Part shown: piece after piece, positions 62,101-62,216 of the stretch
Position numbering within the stretch: position 1 is the first letter of the stretch
Layout of the letters: each line of letters begins with the position of its first letter
DNA from: Pseudomonadota bacterium
GTDB taxonomy: Bacteria; Pseudomonadota; Alphaproteobacteria; RF32; CAG-239
Length of the DNA: 62,216 bases
Direction of reading: 5' to 3'
Assembly (NCBI GenBank): GCA_918234285.1
Contig: CAKJXZ020000058.1
Coordinates: 1 to 62,216, forward strand
Notes under the pieces: model-generated
The model's input: only the letters and a program-made list of their open reading frames with translations
Told to the model about the DNA's origin: nothing
The model's database searches: none
Translations under genes and position numbers: made by a program

Positions 62101-62216
62101 ATGTGACCACGTCTCTGACATGGGTTACCAAGTATTCTGACGGAACCAAGAAGACTGAGGCAGTGAACAAGTCGTTCCCGCGCAGCTTCCGCGTTCTGAC
62201 CAACTGGTCGTCAAAG
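59127..62216 (+). CDS. Large repeat lipoprotein, Bacteroidota-like (3'-truncated by the window; not in the ORF track)
   Basis: Open for 1030 codons from METKNGLTRAFKWMVALFAAVMCFTA-C to the window edge; ~180-aa beta-rich repeats. Confidence 0.88.
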   Translation, partial: METKNGLTRAFKWMVALFAAVMCFTACEQFKGEVTTKSEDEPAIPSVSGFAYAVTLEHSIDTAQKVKVSDQMTAGLTIWTTEDGAKKDKVFENKEYPKMEAYSRLARENYNITRAQLDIRPTSENIARDEGKDNDGNKLELDTVYHYYADAQIMSIPVKITSKTVEYENEVYNYPSVTLVKAEFVHLKNKEISAKARTRATYVSGVYDTEYKVNLYLKETGIKDNPKSFVLPIYAFTQRSVLDEDAIEKVVAENKTRELLDSLRERCSFERVTTWKSGETTREKIEIILQHKVDKIAPYKKDVKNFNYQLAQVNGIQPGSEAENRTEGNWKVWRKTDTYSADHANGVNADKITTDYSLMHERATYKDDYLEVDFDYEDYRVDELATNVTPMNSDREGYTEALFDNRINTTYIAYRQQVNELVYLYKADKKAEDYKFENPKVTVYNDSVTTDIDFIIIFDDGTREKIHDHLKAARSLRCLTDWVSNQKMASQITSDEVRVNLLSGDEVKNGYWKYTKQTRKLSSDATLYDGSVMPNEWEAIVPNGFVYSREGKTYTFDNIAFNVKQMGGSLTAAGEKDGFSLHKYGDAIDVIYGDNTQRSVAPGLVKISNNTVEGYEIRNKQMSITPDKVVVSLDFITKFVNGNESKDPVVREFPRSLVLNTNWTANENSATENTAAPTFTLASANNREDGEWKWKEETRNITATVTLAASLQTNGWTSVDPNNIVFTRQGITADFGTLTFTTNKVSSTATLKESNAKTETYDYANIISVRYGNSTASDLQNSTAPGKIIVQKARTITGHEFRDPSLTVETDYVLVKITYVTKFSDDTEEKETSNLKVNRILNPYTSWTSSETNANETTGSASVNLTNSENKTDGYWSFVAETRDIRTKAKLAGSEQTNGWTSVDPNNFVYTRDGQQYKFDKINFNAYEAGHSVNLSSETATVATYAYSDKINVSFGNNTKSSSAPGTITVKKEVTITGYDITDPKITVNQNDVTTSLTWVTKYSDGTKKTEAVNKSFPRSFRVLTNWSSK

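Overview
A 62-kb chromosomal window from what is probably an uncultured, host-associated (gut/rumen-type) alphaproteobacterium. This is inferred from tyrS/anmK and DUF2066/AI-2E synteny, the A29-U41 initiator tRNA and GRSMIEMLGVL-type pilins. The backbone is housekeeping: uvrA (partial), tyrS, an anmK-like gene, a Gld-type ABC system, fieF, a sensor kinase, nfu, murJ, rplQ, tRNA-Phe, accBC, tRNA-fMet, an RND pump, rplI-rpsR-rpsF, comM, ackA-pta, nlpD, sufB-C-D and pgpA. The most unusual observations are: (1) a 4-kb region downstream of tRNA-Phe built from 236-bp structured repeats that carry tRNA 3'-end copies (Phe and Ala) plus an antisense tRNA half, and that delimit two foreign-looking cargo genes with no integrase in the window; tRNA-fMet shows the same antisense-half design. 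(2) A >1030-aa repeat lipoprotein missed by the ORF track (59127 to window end) with Bacteroidota-like signal, codon usage and SD-less start behind a host-type sigma70 promoter; two more SD-less genes occur, one with a structured leader RNA. (3) Several intact-ORF enzyme homologues that have lost catalytic motifs (AnmK, Bax/GH73, ROK, trypsin-like). (4) Paralogous Cys-rich secreted proteins with a BACON-like domain, and atypical pilins. No CRISPR array, rRNA, transposase, integrase or reverse transcriptase was seen. All family calls come from motif recognition by eye, not database searches.
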